Assembly (NCBI GenBank): GCA_036172245.1
Contig: JAYWIR010000011.1
Location: 1,798,001 to 1,862,000, forward strand
Direction: 5' to 3'
Length of the DNA stretch: 64,000 nucleotides
DNA from: Raillietiella orientalis
Lineage: Eukaryota
In this document: positions 35,401 through 48,500 of the stretch, one piece after another
Numbering within the stretch: the stretch's first letter is position 1
Layout: every line of letters begins with the position of its first letter
Translations under genes and position numbers: made by a program
The notes under the pieces: generated by a model
Told to the model about the DNA's origin: nothing
Database searches by the model: none
What the model saw: only the letters and a program-made list of their open reading frames with translations

Positions 35401-35999
35401 CAAACTGCTGCTTGGCACAACTCAGCACAGCTAGGAGACCTTTCCGAGGAGAGCAAGCAGACCAACCTCTCGAAAATTCGATTAGGTGGGGTTGCTGCAG
35501 GTGCACTGAGGAGATGCACCAGCGACGGCCGTCTCTTGCAGCGCTCGCTGGCTCTGCGCTCTGTGACTCTCCACGTTTTTTGAACAGTTGCGAGGGTGCA
35601 GTGAATGGAAGGAGAGCACATAGAAAAGGGGGAAGCGGAGGATTCCCTTCATTCGGAGAAGCGGTTGCAATTTCCTTATTGGATTGAATAAGTTCCATTA
35701 AACCTTTGGGTGCGGAGCTCATCAGGTTGAAAGGTTCGGCGTCGACGGCACGCGAGTCGCAGTGGCGACCTCCGTGGACGGACTGCCCTTTCGCGTACCG
35801 CGTGCTCCTCCACCGAGGAGGGACCAACTGACTGTATGAAGTGCTGGTCAAAGTTACCATTACAATCGCCTATTTACCCCACGTGAAAGAAAATATCTTC
35901 ATTCTTCCCAAACATAGTATAGTTTCTATTTAAAAATTATAAAGCGGGGAACAGTTAGCAGGAGTGAGTAGAATTTCGTTTACATCGCCGTTGCCAAGG

Positions 36000-37600
36000 G
36001 ACTGATGAGGACGCGAGTGCATGCGTCCGTCTCAAACATCCATAGTGTCATCTTATGTCGCGTGTACAAGATAAAAACGTTTGCCAAACGCACCTATGCG
36101 TCCATAGTTCACGCCGATAACTTTCGCTGGACGCATCTGTGCGTCCACAGCACTCAAAGGGTTAAAAGAATGATAACAAATAGGTGCTTTGAAATGAGGC
36201 GACATGGCTGGCCTCATGAAGTCTCTGCCGTTAGAAGAGGGACAGTGTGTGTTGGGTTCCAGCAGAAAATGAATGAGGCTGGAAAATTTCCACGGAAAGG
36301 TACAGGTGGGAGAGTTTCATTTCTTCGAAAAGACTGTTCGAAAAGAGGACAGAAAGTTCTTTTGCTGTGCAAGGCAGAGTGAAGGTCGCCGTCGTCTTGC
36401 ACGAGTTGGAACTTATGATGATGGGATGTTGGTGATCATAGAAAGTGTCTCCACGTTGACGACATCCTGATTAGTGTCAGGAATGGAACCTACGTCAGAG
36501 CGCAGCAACAACGGAGAAATGCAGATGTTTAATGGAATATCAAAGATTGAGTACAAGATGAGGTGTTCCCTGATACCATACTTGAGATTTCCTGTTTGGA
36601 TGGCCTATCCAAGTGACGGAACTTCAATTGAGGAGAAGAGATAAGGCAGTTAGAAAGGAAACCAGTAACCTTAGAAATAACCAGTAAGCATTTTTTTTTT
36701 CCTTTCGAGAGAAGTAAAATGTTTCTTGTTACACCACTAGCTCTTTGGGCCTGCTGACGGATCTTTTGAGACGGACACAACTGCGAAAGAAGTAAATTTG
36801 AACTTTCTCTCATCTGTGCTCACAGCTCGACAAATGAGGCAGTAATGGCAGGAAGCTCCAGCCAAATCTTTACCAGACTTCCACAGAAGAGAGGAGAGTT
36901 GGGCAAATACAGAGCGGTGAGAGGAATCCTCCAGAATTACTGGGAGGTCAGGTATACCCGGGATGGAAGTGAAACCAAGAATAAATGGAAGGAAGGCACG
37001 GTTCGGTCTCTCTGAAACTTCGAAGCCAAGCTGGCAACCCTGTGGAGACAAGAATTTTTGAAAAGGAGGAATCTGATCGCAGAGCCTTCCTTCGCTCTGA
37101 GTCACGTTGCCTGGAAGGAACCGGGAGTGCGATACCGAATCATAAGATGCTTCTTCCATGATAAGTGTCGGTGGAAATTCGTCTGCAAGAGGTGAGAAGG
37201 GAAGAGGGAACCGGAGAAAACCTTCACACCTTCATCTTTCCACCGCTGCTGCCTTGGAAAGGTGAACAAGCAATCTCTACCAAACTCAACCAGTGTTAAA
37301 AAAGAAAAAATAAATCAGGATAGCAAATTGCGATTAGAAGCCTACAGAGGAGTTTAGTCGAATCCTAAGAAGTCGCACACGCATGCTTTATGCATGAACG
37401 CATGTGGGCGTGCGTGCGTCTCGGTGGTTTTGCGCTGCAACGGGAGGCAGTCTTTTACCTGTCTTTTCCCCACCTCAGGACGAGCAACATGACTTCCCTT
37501 TGGTAGGTGCGTATGGGAATTTGCTGGCTGTTGCTTTCCCGCTCTGGAGACGAGACTGGAGTGATCAACATACTGCGCGCATGCTGTGAATGGCGATAAG
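36000..37600 (-). pseudogene. Possible spliced, decayed gene of unknown function
   Basis: GT donor (AG|GTAAAA, plus 37457-58) and a strong polypyrimidine-CAG acceptor (plus 37183-84) lie just before an ATG at 37159. A 140-aa ORF follows, then stops and frameshifts. No family recognised. Confidence 0.3.
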
Positions 37601-40600
37601 AACGGGGAGGTATCTGGAATGAGTGTGATCAGAGAGAAATTGCGATTTCCGTTCCTTCGCCTTGTGCTTACGGCAATGTGCGAATTCGTGTTCCTTTGCA
37701 ACTACCTCGTGTGCAACACGGAAATGCCTATAAGAACGAATGCAGGAAACCGTGAACGCTGCCCACGTTCCGCTGCAGCTCTAAAACAAAATGGCCGTGA
37801 AAGAAGCGGAAAAATGCGCTTGATTGCTCGTTTGTTTTCCATAGCATTTATGAATATATTTTTGATACGTGCCGTTTCTTCCTTTCCTTTTTGTCAATTT
37901 GCCTTTGTTCGATGTGTGCGTGTGACTGACTTGGAAAGGCCCACATTGTGAAAACTGCCCTTTCTAACAAATCCAGATGTGCACTTTTCAAGAAATCAGC
38001 GTCAGAGGAAACAGCTATTCCCATTTCGTACCAAAACAACCCGTAATTCGCTCCTCTTCCTTGCACGCACAACAAGTTTGACGACATCCTTTACTTCAAT
38101 GCACCCTTATGTGGTTATGGCCACATAGGTGTGCGCTGAAGCTTCTTGTAGCCACACCAGAAACCCCTGCGATCATCAGCTTACTGCTACACGGCAAAGA
38201 GTAGTACTTCTTGTTGCATCCTGATATGAGGATTCTTCACAAAGAGGCAGCTGCTCACGAGTTTGTTAGATACCTACAAAAGCAACGCTGGTTCGGATCA
38301 GATGAGAGAAACGAAAAAAACAAAATCAGAGAACGAAGAACCTGGTACTTTTCCAGCCTCTGAAGCTCGAATCCGCAGTCCTGGCATCCATTTGCACTCT
38401 TATGCAGAATGTTTTGCTGAATGCATTTCGACGGAGAGAATAAGAAGTATTTGTAAAACGTCGGCATAGTTTCGGCCTGATGAAGACACCCGACAAACTT
38501 GAGGTTTCTTCTACGGGGGGTCTGAAAGGCTCACTCTGAAACGAGTGCGCAGTGCTCATAGGGACCTTAGGAAGAGCCAGACGTGCCCTTTTCCCTAAAC
38601 GACAGGCACTGTTCGTAGTTGTCCAACATTTCCGGAAAAAGTTTTTCAAAATGAAAAACCCCTTATAAGGCGACGGAAGAACTACGGGGAGGCGAAAACT
38701 GCTTCGTCACTGACGAGAATTTATCTCACGATCCATTGAATGGTACAACCGCGGAGCAGCAGCCCTACACCGTGCACCAGAAATGAATGCGGAAGATGTG
38801 ACGACGAAGCCATCAACGCATCCGCGGAAGTACTGGTCACTGTTAAAGGGTCCTCAAGTCAAACGGGAGAACTCTCCTTATGGATTTTGGAGGGAAAAAC
38901 TTGTTTAACAAAAATGGTGTTTGTGTGGTGCCTACACTGCCAATTGGGATGAAGGAAGGAACCGACGCTCATCACATGCTGAACGCTGAGGTGAGCCAAC
39001 ACCAACAACGCACAGCAGAGAGCGTGGTGTAGAGGGAACGGTGTTTCTTGTTGAAGAGTTTCTATGGACGCTGACATAACGTTAAGATATGTTAAGTTCT
39101 GATGGTGAAGATTTGTCTGTTGTGATGCTTGCGATTCTCCAGAATTACCAGAATTTGTGTCCCACCAATGCGTCTGATGCTTAGTAGTAAGGCTGAGTGA
39201 GAATTCTCATCTTATTAAGCGCCCGTTGGCCTCACAAGGGCAGTGTAATTCTTAGTGGCTCGCACCGGAGACTTTCCGGATTATAGAATCTGAAGTATCT
39301 TTTCCTTCTTCTTGAACTCTTTGTTTATGCTTACCTTTTTTTTGAAGTTCTTTCAAAGCGAAATCAAAAACACTTTTTTTTTTTTTTCATCGATAAGGGA
39401 CGGAGCTGTACAGGAAAGGAAACACAGTGAGGCAAGTTGTTTGAATATACAAATTGAAAATTTACACCACACAGGTCCCTGATTACTGAATCATTGGTTT
39501 TCCGTCAATGAACAAGTAGAAAGTGTTTCTGAGGTGCACACGACACGAAAATGCTAGAGCAGGTTAATGCACACAGCCTTCCTAGATGCTTTTCGTGTGA
39601 ATTCCTGCAGTTTCCACATAAATCACCTCACTGCTTTCTGGTTAACTCGAGATGTTCCAGCTGGATTGTTTATTCGAACGTTCTGGATGCATCTTTTTTA
39701 AAAGACTCAATGCAAGCTCAGAAAACATCAAGTTACAAGAAACGGGATTTTTACAAAGAAAAATCTATGGTATCTTCATGGTCATGGTATAAGGGAGTGA
39801 GTGCTTTTATGCCATGGAAAAGACGTTCGCTCCACAGGGAATAATAAAATGGATCTTTGTAAGAGAAAATAATATATACCAAGGGATACAAGAAATGACC
39901 GAATCACAGCTATCCATACTACATGAATTGCTTACAAATAACGATTTGTACTATTTATACTTTACCCTAGGAATCATACTCCTTTGAAAAAACGACGGTT
40001 TCTGGGGAAGTAGGAGGGATGGGGGGAAAAACCAAACCAAATCGATGTAGTTTAAATGAACACACTATTGATGATACTATGGCCCGTTTGATTACAATGA
40101 CCACACACTTTAGAGCAAGTAGCGTTGGATTACGATTTTATTTTATTTTTTACCTTGAATTTCTTAATATGTTTTCCGTGAGACAACACTGATGTTAGAA
40201 ACGGAAAATCCTTTCCAGCTACAGAGTTGCCACTCTCGGTTTACGATACGTACTGAAACGATAAATGGCCAAATCATTTGACGTTTTGATTCCATTCATG
40301 AAACTGTTTCTTACCTCCGAAAATGCAATTTCAAAGTATACGATGTTGACACAAGTAGAATATACGGTCCAAGTTTTTGCCTCCTGAGACGAAACACGAT
40401 TCGGTTCATGATACCGCTTTTCCATGTGTATTTTTTTTTTTTTTTTTTTTTTATCATCATCATGTCTTAAAGCATGCTTCTCTTTATTTTATTTTTTTTA
40501 CAAACTCGTATGGAAAACATTTGCAACCTCCGCTTTTTCACCCTATCTTAGATGGAAACAACGACCTTTCTCCCTCCAATGGGGGAAAGAAAAAAAAAAA

Positions 40601-42057
40601 AAATCCTGAAAGCGCTTTTCGTTAGAATGCACCAAGCATTAATTTTGAAAAGGCAGATGATAAAGCTATGGTGCAGTAACTTCATAATCAGACCTTGATT
40701 CCGAAAAGCAGAATCCTCACCGGAGAACACTGATTTTTAGGAAATAACTTCGAATAAATTCAGTTTAACCACCTTGGAAAAGCTGAACTCCTTGAAAATC
40801 CGAACTCAGCAAAACGCATTCAGATTGGAGCTGAGGGTTTGCTGACGATACTGTTGAAATTACGGTCTGCCTCGTCCAAAAGAGAAAAATCATGCAGCAG
40901 CACGAAAAGTGAACCCCAATTACGGCGAGGAATGACCGGAGGGAGAGGGAGGTTGGCTGGTGTGCTCTGATTCGAGGATCCCACAGGAAACAAACGCAAG
41001 ACGGGAAGGCCAGACCAGAAGGCCCTTCAGCTTCCAATCAACAAATTTAAACCAATAATCCTATTTAAAATGACCAGGAAACGAAAAGGGGACAGTGGTC
41101 ACCTCCAGCTTTCGAGCTATTCACCATACTACAGCGTACGTTTCACTTTTATGTGCTCTTGTGTACTTGTCGTGCATGTTTTGCAATATGAATAAAAAGT
41201 ATGTGCACATGTCTTTGGAATGGACGGGGCAGCGATACCAACCAACTTCCTGACCTTTAAGTGGGTTTGCCATGTATGCTGCAACAGCGATCGTAAACAT
41301 ACGTGGTTCCACTTGGAACCCATCAAACCCAACAAGAAAGCACCACTTCCGGTAGTTCTCTAACATTATTTGATATTCAAAAGTGCATCTCTTGAAACTT
41401 CAATGGAACCAGTCAAATAGTGCTGACAAAAAGTTTTTTCATTTCTCTGAGCCCTTTTTCTTTTTTCTTTTCTTTTTTTTTTTTTTTACGACGAATAATG
41501 GCTTTTGAGCTACATGAAAGACGAAACTAAATGCGTTCATCTATAAAACGTGCTTCTGGAAATCGGAACTGCAACTGTTTCTGTTCAAAGACAAATTGGG
41601 AACTCTTGTGGTGGTTCTTACCCCATTCGTATATGGAACGCGGAAAAAAAAAGGGGGTGGGGAAAACGAATTATCAATATTCGTGCACCATTAGCAAGAA
41701 CTAATTTCCAAATTGTGAAACTGTGCACCTTGTATAAGAAAATTGCATTTTGCAACATTTACTCAGGAGATCTGTCTCCTTGCCATAAAGATGAACCAGA
41801 ATCAGCAGCAAATTTTGTGTTTACTTTCTTACATATTAATGTAGTTCTAGAAAACAACATATAAAACAATAATGGTAATTTAATACACAATTCATGATTG
41901 CTTGGTGCATATGAATAACATAAAATGGAAAATGAAGATGATATGCATACAAAAAATATTTGTATGAATCCATAAAAACAATTCTATTAGCAATGTAGTA
42001 AAAACCACGCTGAATACAAACATGCACGCTGTATATTTTTTGTTCTTTCTGCAAAAA

Positions 42058-44475
42058 CTAATGAATCGTTTCATTGATTTGTTTTAAGGGTCCAAGAGCT
42101 AATACATTTTTGACACCCATCTCTTGTGAAAAGTTCCGGATTCCATTTTTGGATGCTGCAAGAGAGATGACTGGTAAGCCATAGAGATTACCTTTTCGAA
42201 AAAAAGAGGAAATGGGAATTACTGAATGAACACCAAATCGAAGCAAGTTCTGCATTGCTGAAATATTTCGCAAGTCTACAACGGGTACCCCATAGCTATC
42301 TTCTTGATTATGGGAAAGTCCATGCTTCTGCTCTTTGTGCTGTGATAACTGTGACTGACTTGAAAACGAATCACCACACTGACCACACTGAAAACTCAGA
42401 CCTTGACCTGTTCGGTGCACTTGCATATGCTGAGCTAACAAATGGGCTGTAGCAAAATTTTTATCACATATATGACACATGAACTGGCCAGGTGTCATGT
42501 GATTAACACTTGCAATGGAGCCCCGCATTCTTTCATCATGAGTGAGATCAATAGTTGGTGGCCTAGGAGGGCGGTCTACCTTAGCTAAAGTAGGTGATTT
42601 AGGGATGGCAAAGGCATTGGAAGATATCCCGGGGACTGAACTTCGTGCATTGGATTTGCTTCGGAAAACAGATGCACTGGTATTAGTGTGCTGACCTGCT
42701 GCAGGAGTGACTGTAATGCCTCTGGTGGCAAGGAGACTAGCAACAGCAGTGGCATCACCACCTGAGGATTGATTGGAGCCTACTAGAATGTGATCCTTGT
42801 CATTAGAAGATCGCACACTAAGAGTGATCGAATCACTTAAATGAATGGTGGATTCAGATGTTCGGGAGTTCGTTCCACCTTGCACACTCTGGATCACAGG
42901 AACACCTTCTGTACGTTTTTGCACAGCAATGATTTGGCAATCAGCATCCATTTGCATTGCTGGGAGAGTAACACTAGCTCTTCTTTTAACTGGATTGGCA
43001 GGCGTAGGAAGACGGCGTTTTGAATTTGGAGCTGATGCTCGAAAAATGGCCCTCCTGGCTAAGGGCATACTGCGAGCACTTCTGGGCACCATGGGGGAAG
43101 TCTGATTTGTGAATGGTGCCGGAAATCTTTTTGGAGACATACTATGAGGAGCATTAATTTGCATAACAGGTGGTGGTCCATTCATTGAATAAGAATACTG
43201 CCCTAAAGATGAATGCATGCTTGTTGATTGCTGGTGAAATGTGGGTTGGTATGGTACTGGTACTGTGACCGGAACAGAAAACATATCAGAACCAGAAGCT
43301 GCTGAAGTCATTACAGAGTTACTTGTGCTTGCATTCAAATATGTATCCACATGTCCCATTTTACTAATGTCTGCAATGCTACTTGGTACCACTAAACCAG
43401 ACTGTGGAATAGATACATTTGCAGCTTGTGTATCAGCACTATGGTGTGACTCAGAAAGAGTGGATGGACATGTGCCAGCAAGTAAAGACTGCATCCGAGT
43501 GTGTTCTTGCTCAGCATTACCAGCCACATGATTGTTTGGAGGTGTCATATTCTGCCCAACTGCATTTAATGATTCCAAATTGGGAGCCAGTATGATCACC
43601 GTGTTTGACAAGTTTACTTCCTCATTATTAGCATCTGAATGAGCAACTGGCATGAGCACACTGTTATTACTAGGAACAGAATCCAGCATCCCATTTGGAT
43701 ATGGCACAGGTTCATTTAAAGCAGGAATCATGGTATCCTGATGAAAATTTAAAGTAGACATACGGACACTGTCTCCTAGTACTCCAGAGATACCCTGAGA
43801 GTAATCACTCTCTGACAAGCTCTGGTTATATTCATGTGCTTCTACAGGGACTGTATTTTCACTTTCTTCACAATGTGCTTGAGCATCTTGTGGAAATGGT
43901 AACTCATTTTCATTTTCCGGTAAACTAGCTAATGGTGAGGTTGAGGTGGACATGCAATTTTGCCAGCTTAAATTTGAATTTCCACTTTCTTCAAAGGGTG
44001 CCATGCTCGAAACACTTGTGCTAGCAGATGTAGTGTTAGCAGTTGTACATGAAACAAAATTTTCATTAGATTCCATATGTGCTTCTGGATGAAATTTTTC
44101 ATTCCTAACTTGCGGAATCTCATGTCTAGGTAATCTGATTTTGATGCGTAATGGTTTTACCTTGTCTTCCTGAGTGTTAATGGTTTCTGCTCTCACAGAA
44201 TCACAAAAGCTTGTATCTTCTTGCAACATATCCACTTGTTCTGCATGTGCAAAACTGGAGGGAGCTTGATTATTAGAAAACTCAAAAGGTTGGGAGTTTT
44301 CCACTTTTTTCTTATCAATTTTCTCAAGCAAGACTTTTGGTTGCTTCACATGGAGCTTTATGTGATTTTCAAATTCGATGTAATTTTGGAACTTAGAATT
44401 GCAACATAAATAACACTGTAAGCAAGAGTTACTTTGTTTACTTTCTTTCAAGATTATTGATTTGAAATGGTTCAT
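42058..44475 (-). CDS. C2H2 zinc-finger protein, 805 aa, single coding exon (putative chromatin/transcription regulator)
   Basis: The only long open frame. First ATG is at 44475, with an in-frame TGA upstream at 44503-05. It has an N-terminal finger CYLC-x13-H-x3-H, two C-terminal fingers (CHICDKNF..L.QHMQVH; CGQCGDSF..L.QHKEQKH) and a low-complexity S/P/N-rich middle. Confidence 0.93.
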   Translation of the reverse strand: MNHFKSIILKESKQSNSCLQCYLCCNSKFQNYIEFENHIKLHVKQPKVLLEKIDKKKVENSQPFEFSNNQAPSSFAHAEQVDMLQEDTSFCDSVRAETINTQEDKVKPLRIKIRLPRHEIPQVRNEKFHPEAHMESNENFVSCTTANTTSASTSVSSMAPFEESGNSNLSWQNCMSTSTSPLASLPENENELPFPQDAQAHCEESENTVPVEAHEYNQSLSESDYSQGISGVLGDSVRMSTLNFHQDTMIPALNEPVPYPNGMLDSVPSNNSVLMPVAHSDANNEEVNLSNTVIILAPNLESLNAVGQNMTPPNNHVAGNAEQEHTRMQSLLAGTCPSTLSESHHSADTQAANVSIPQSGLVVPSSIADISKMGHVDTYLNASTSNSVMTSAASGSDMFSVPVTVPVPYQPTFHQQSTSMHSSLGQYSYSMNGPPPVMQINAPHSMSPKRFPAPFTNQTSPMVPRSARSMPLARRAIFRASAPNSKRRLPTPANPVKRRASVTLPAMQMDADCQIIAVQKRTEGVPVIQSVQGGTNSRTSESTIHLSDSITLSVRSSNDKDHILVGSNQSSGGDATAVASLLATRGITVTPAAGQHTNTSASVFRSKSNARSSVPGISSNAFAIPKSPTLAKVDRPPRPPTIDLTHDERMRGSIASVNHMTPGQFMCHICDKNFATAHLLAQHMQVHRTGQGLSFQCGQCGDSFSSQSQLSQHKEQKHGLSHNQEDSYGVPVVDLRNISAMQNLLRFGVHSVIPISSFFRKGNLYGLPVISLAASKNGIRNFSQEMGVKNVLALGPLKQINETIH

Positions 44476-44540
44476 TTGATGCACTGATAGCACAACTGTT
44501 ATTCAGCATGTCATGTATGTAGTAACTTGTCAAAGATTAG

Positions 44541-45300
44541 CTGAAACATAATAAAATACTTATAAATCGAATGAACTTGATTGTCTTTAATTAATATTTT
44601 ATATTATCATTCCTAATATAGTTCTGAAACCAACAGTACATTATAGAACAGTATAATTTAATGCATAAAGCATTTGAAAATGCTTTTCTATACATCTAAT
44701 CAAATTTTTAAAGTGTGGTTCCATTCATTTAAAATAAGTATCATGTTGATGAATTCTGGACAGTTTGGTCAGCATGCATGCACACAAGCAAATAATGTAT
44801 ACACAAAAACAAAAAAACATACCATGCACCGAATACAAGTGCAAAACGAGCAAACATGCATTCTGAATATACATGCATTTGCAAACAAACCAGACTTAAA
44901 ATGGGATTACAGTCTCCTCATGAAAAAATTATATTTACATCATTTTATACGACTTACTTATTTACATGATTCACACGATCGTTTATTCAAGCTGCATTTT
45001 TTTTTCCACTGGACTATACACAACTAATTAACAGAGATTAATTCTTCACTATTTTTCTTATACTCAGCTCTCAATATTTTCCATAATAGTTAGGCTTCTA
45101 CCCATTCTAACCTGTGATAATTAAGTATGCGAGAAAGAACGAAATAAAACCAATAATCCCTTATGATATTTTAGATTCCAAATCCTTACACATTGCCGAA
45201 TTATATCACTTATTTGCTTCACAATCTGCATTATTCAGTATGTGTAAATTGTACGCACATATAGTGACTCGTATAATAGCGTTGATATATACATATGTAC

Positions 45301-45333
<33 letters not shown>

Positions 45334-45599
45334 CACATATGTATATATATATATACCTATATATAAGCCATTATCATATGTATCAGAATGTTTTCAATGG
45401 AGTTTTACCCAGATTTTGTGGCTTTTTTCGCTGTCTATTCTTTCCTTTTTCCTTTTTTTGTCAGAAGCATTCATATTACAGTTTGCGTCTGTTCCATGGA
45501 AAATTTGTTAACTGTTTTACGTTCATCCAAGGTTAGCATATTTCATGATAACCTGTCGGGAAAATGCACAGACCAGGTTCCTGTTCGTACACTACTCAC
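44541..45599 (-). other. Probable 5'-UTR intron of the zinc-finger gene
   Basis: Acceptor ttttattatgtttcAG lies 65 nt upstream of the ATG. The best donor is GCA|GTGAGT at plus 45594-45599. The interior is AT-rich. The donor choice is uncertain; a non-coding first exon would span ~45600-45785. Confidence 0.5.
45285..45365. repeat. Imperfect (TA)n microsatellite
   Basis: Seen directly: TA run with CA/TG interruptions. Confidence 0.95.
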
Positions 45600-48500
45600 T
45601 GCCGTACATAATACTTGAAAAACTGTGTACACCACACTCCATTCGGGATGTTGCTATTTCGCTACACTTATTCTTGCGATCGTCTACCACAGAATTTGCC
45701 CGTGAAACTTCGATGCAACCTGTCCAGATAGCCGAGGTCCCTTCTGCTTCCCTTGGAACTAAATCTCGGCCATCGAAATTGAATGCAGGCACAGAATCAC
45801 CGACGAAAATTGTTTTTTATTTGGCTGAAGCACGTGTCTTGGGCGAATGGGGGCAACTGGATGCATCTCACACTCATTGGGGGAGGGAAGGAGGGAGGGA
45901 AGGAGGAGGAGGGGGGGGAGGGAAGAACACAGCATAGGACCGGCAAATTTCATCCACTCGAGCTTTCCATCCCTTGGGAGTGTTTGTTTCCCACGCACAT
46001 TCCACCACTGCAAAATTCACGGGAAGTTTCACCCGATTTGCAAAATGCCCATCCGCGGCTCCCAGAGACCCGAAAATCGGCAAGACATCCAAAGACATCT
46101 CCCACGAAAGTGGAAACACATTTTATGGCTCTTTCCACCATGGAACTGAACGTTCAATCACCAGAGATTATTCAGTGTGGAGTGGCAGCAGCTCCAACCC
46201 TTGACTCATCGTAAGGAAGTGTGTGGATAAAAAAAAGGCTCTATTCTCTGTCGGTTGTTAAAATAAATGTGTACTTCCTATTCGGGGCTCTATGAATAAT
46301 AGATTACCCACAAAGTGTGTAAACGAATCAAATGCTTAAAAATCCAAAGTCTGTTTGAAGAATCAACGTCAACAAATAATTCATCGTGGCAAGAGTGTAA
46401 CGTTTTTTGAGCAGACAATGCCATTTGTTCTCTTCCTTCTTTCTTCCTTTCCTTCCTTGTCTTTTCTTTCCCATTGGATGCTGTCCTGGAGCAAAATGTT
46501 CCTACCAGACTATTCGAGCATTTACTTCCCTTTTTTTTTTTTTTTTAGTCTCGTATATGTACATGGTATTCAGTACACTCTCAGTGGAGAGGCAGGGGTC
46601 CCAAAGCACCGAGTAGGCATGGATTTGAGACTTGGGTGTAGCTCTTGTAGGATTCCCTTCGTCCCCGAACTCATCCACCCAGAGGAACCCTGGAAAATCT
46701 TCTTCCTCTTTCATCCATCACGCTTGAAGGGGGAAAGGAGGACATTTTAACATCTCACTGCTCCTATTTCATAACGATCTTCAAACAAAATAGGCATCGT
46801 CGCAAAACATGCCTTAAAATAATAACTCCAAACAGACTTAAAGATCCCAATACTTCGATTATATTATATTTGATCGCGATGCCAGTTCCAGAGAGTAGTA
46901 TGCTTTCCTCTTCCTTTTTCTCTTCTGGACGCAACTCTGATAACTTTGATAACTGACTTTATTGTCAATGGGAAAACGAATGGATCAACATGAGCACCAG
47001 AATATACCTATGACACTGTAACTGGCACGCAGGTTCTGCAAAGGTTTTTTTTTTTTTTTTTTTCTTCCATATGTAGGATACCAAGTTTGACCGTAGTCTA
47101 ATTGTTTGTTCAGCCCCGATGATCATGTTGAGATTTGCCGATATATCTGCAGATAGCGGGAGTGACGGAGCAAGGGAGTGAGTGCCCCTGTGAAAGGGCT
47201 GATGCCGATGCAGAGGGAAGGAAAGGTTCCTTTGAAATTCAGAGCAGTGGGAAGAATGGCAGGTGATCTGTTCCTCGGGGTTCCAGGAGGTTGTGGACAC
47301 AGTGCTTAAAAATGAGCACGGCCAATTTTAAGTAGCTCTTGGAAAGATGCAGCCCTAAAAGCTCTATGGGCATCAGAGCATTTGGTAAGTGGACACATGC
47401 ACTGAGCCCCACATTCAGTGGGTGCCCTTCTTAATCCGTTCGGTGCTAACGTGAGATGAGAACGTCGATTGGAATAAAATGGGAATAATTACAAAGTCAA
47501 ACGAAAGTTTTCTTCCTCGTGGATGTTTGTATTCCTTGTGATAACGAAGGCATAAGTAGATTATGGCGATGGAGAGCGAAAACGACGCAACCAAATGTTG
47601 TGACTTTATAAGTTTCTCCGTGAAGAAAATGATTGTCCAAATATGCGACTGTCGTGTGATGCATGGAAATGATAGCTTGTGTGAACGAAGCCGTGCTCTA
47701 ATTGAAATAAATCGAAATCGAATTTGAATATCGACTTGTTTTGATATTTCGTAAAGAGTTCCACGTTTAGGAAACTGCAATTGGACGCTTCGGAAGAACT
47801 CCAAGTGCCATCTGCAGTTCCTGCTCCCTTGAAACATCCAAAGTGTTTTCCGATTCCAGGAATCTCGAATGTTGCAGTGAGCACTGGAATTTGCTTTGGA
47901 AATTCACTCCCTCAATGAGTTTCTAACCCCTGTTCATGAAATGAAGGTCTACCTGGAGTCTGCCTGAATTGGAAGCGGTCTACCTGAATCTCACGAGAAA
48001 AAAAATAAACAGCAGGATTCGAGAGCATACTCAGTTTTTCTAAAAGGATGTATTCTAAATGTGTTCTCACGGTTAGATCGTTGGGCAGGAATCCTCCCGG
48101 TACTCGTTTGTGGAATCTGCTGAGGCGAAAATCAGATCGCATAGCTTTTAAAGCATTTAGCAGGAACTGTCACCGGGAAATATTTGGTAATGATTGTCGT
48201 ATAGATGACAATCTAGAAGATCTTTTTTTTTTTTTTGAGGAACGAATCAGAAAACAGGGGCTGGTACTCCGAAGATTCTCGACGAAGATCGGGAAACTCA
48301 TACTTTCATAGTAATGCCTTATTCAGATCAACCCTTGATGAACAAAAACCACTACGCAACCCACATGAGTTCTTGATCCACTGTCTCTGGCATGTGGACT
48401 TATTATTCCCTTATTATAATAATGTAAGATATCGGGGATTGGCCAAACCATGTTCCTGAAACGACCCTGTGAAAATTAGGGCAAGAACGGCATGGTCACT

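Noticed and set aside
35990..36060. Hammerhead-like CTGATGA followed by a GGACGC/GCGTCC stem
   Set aside because: The essential GAAA is replaced by GTCTCAAA and stem I barely pairs, so it is not a credible ribozyme.
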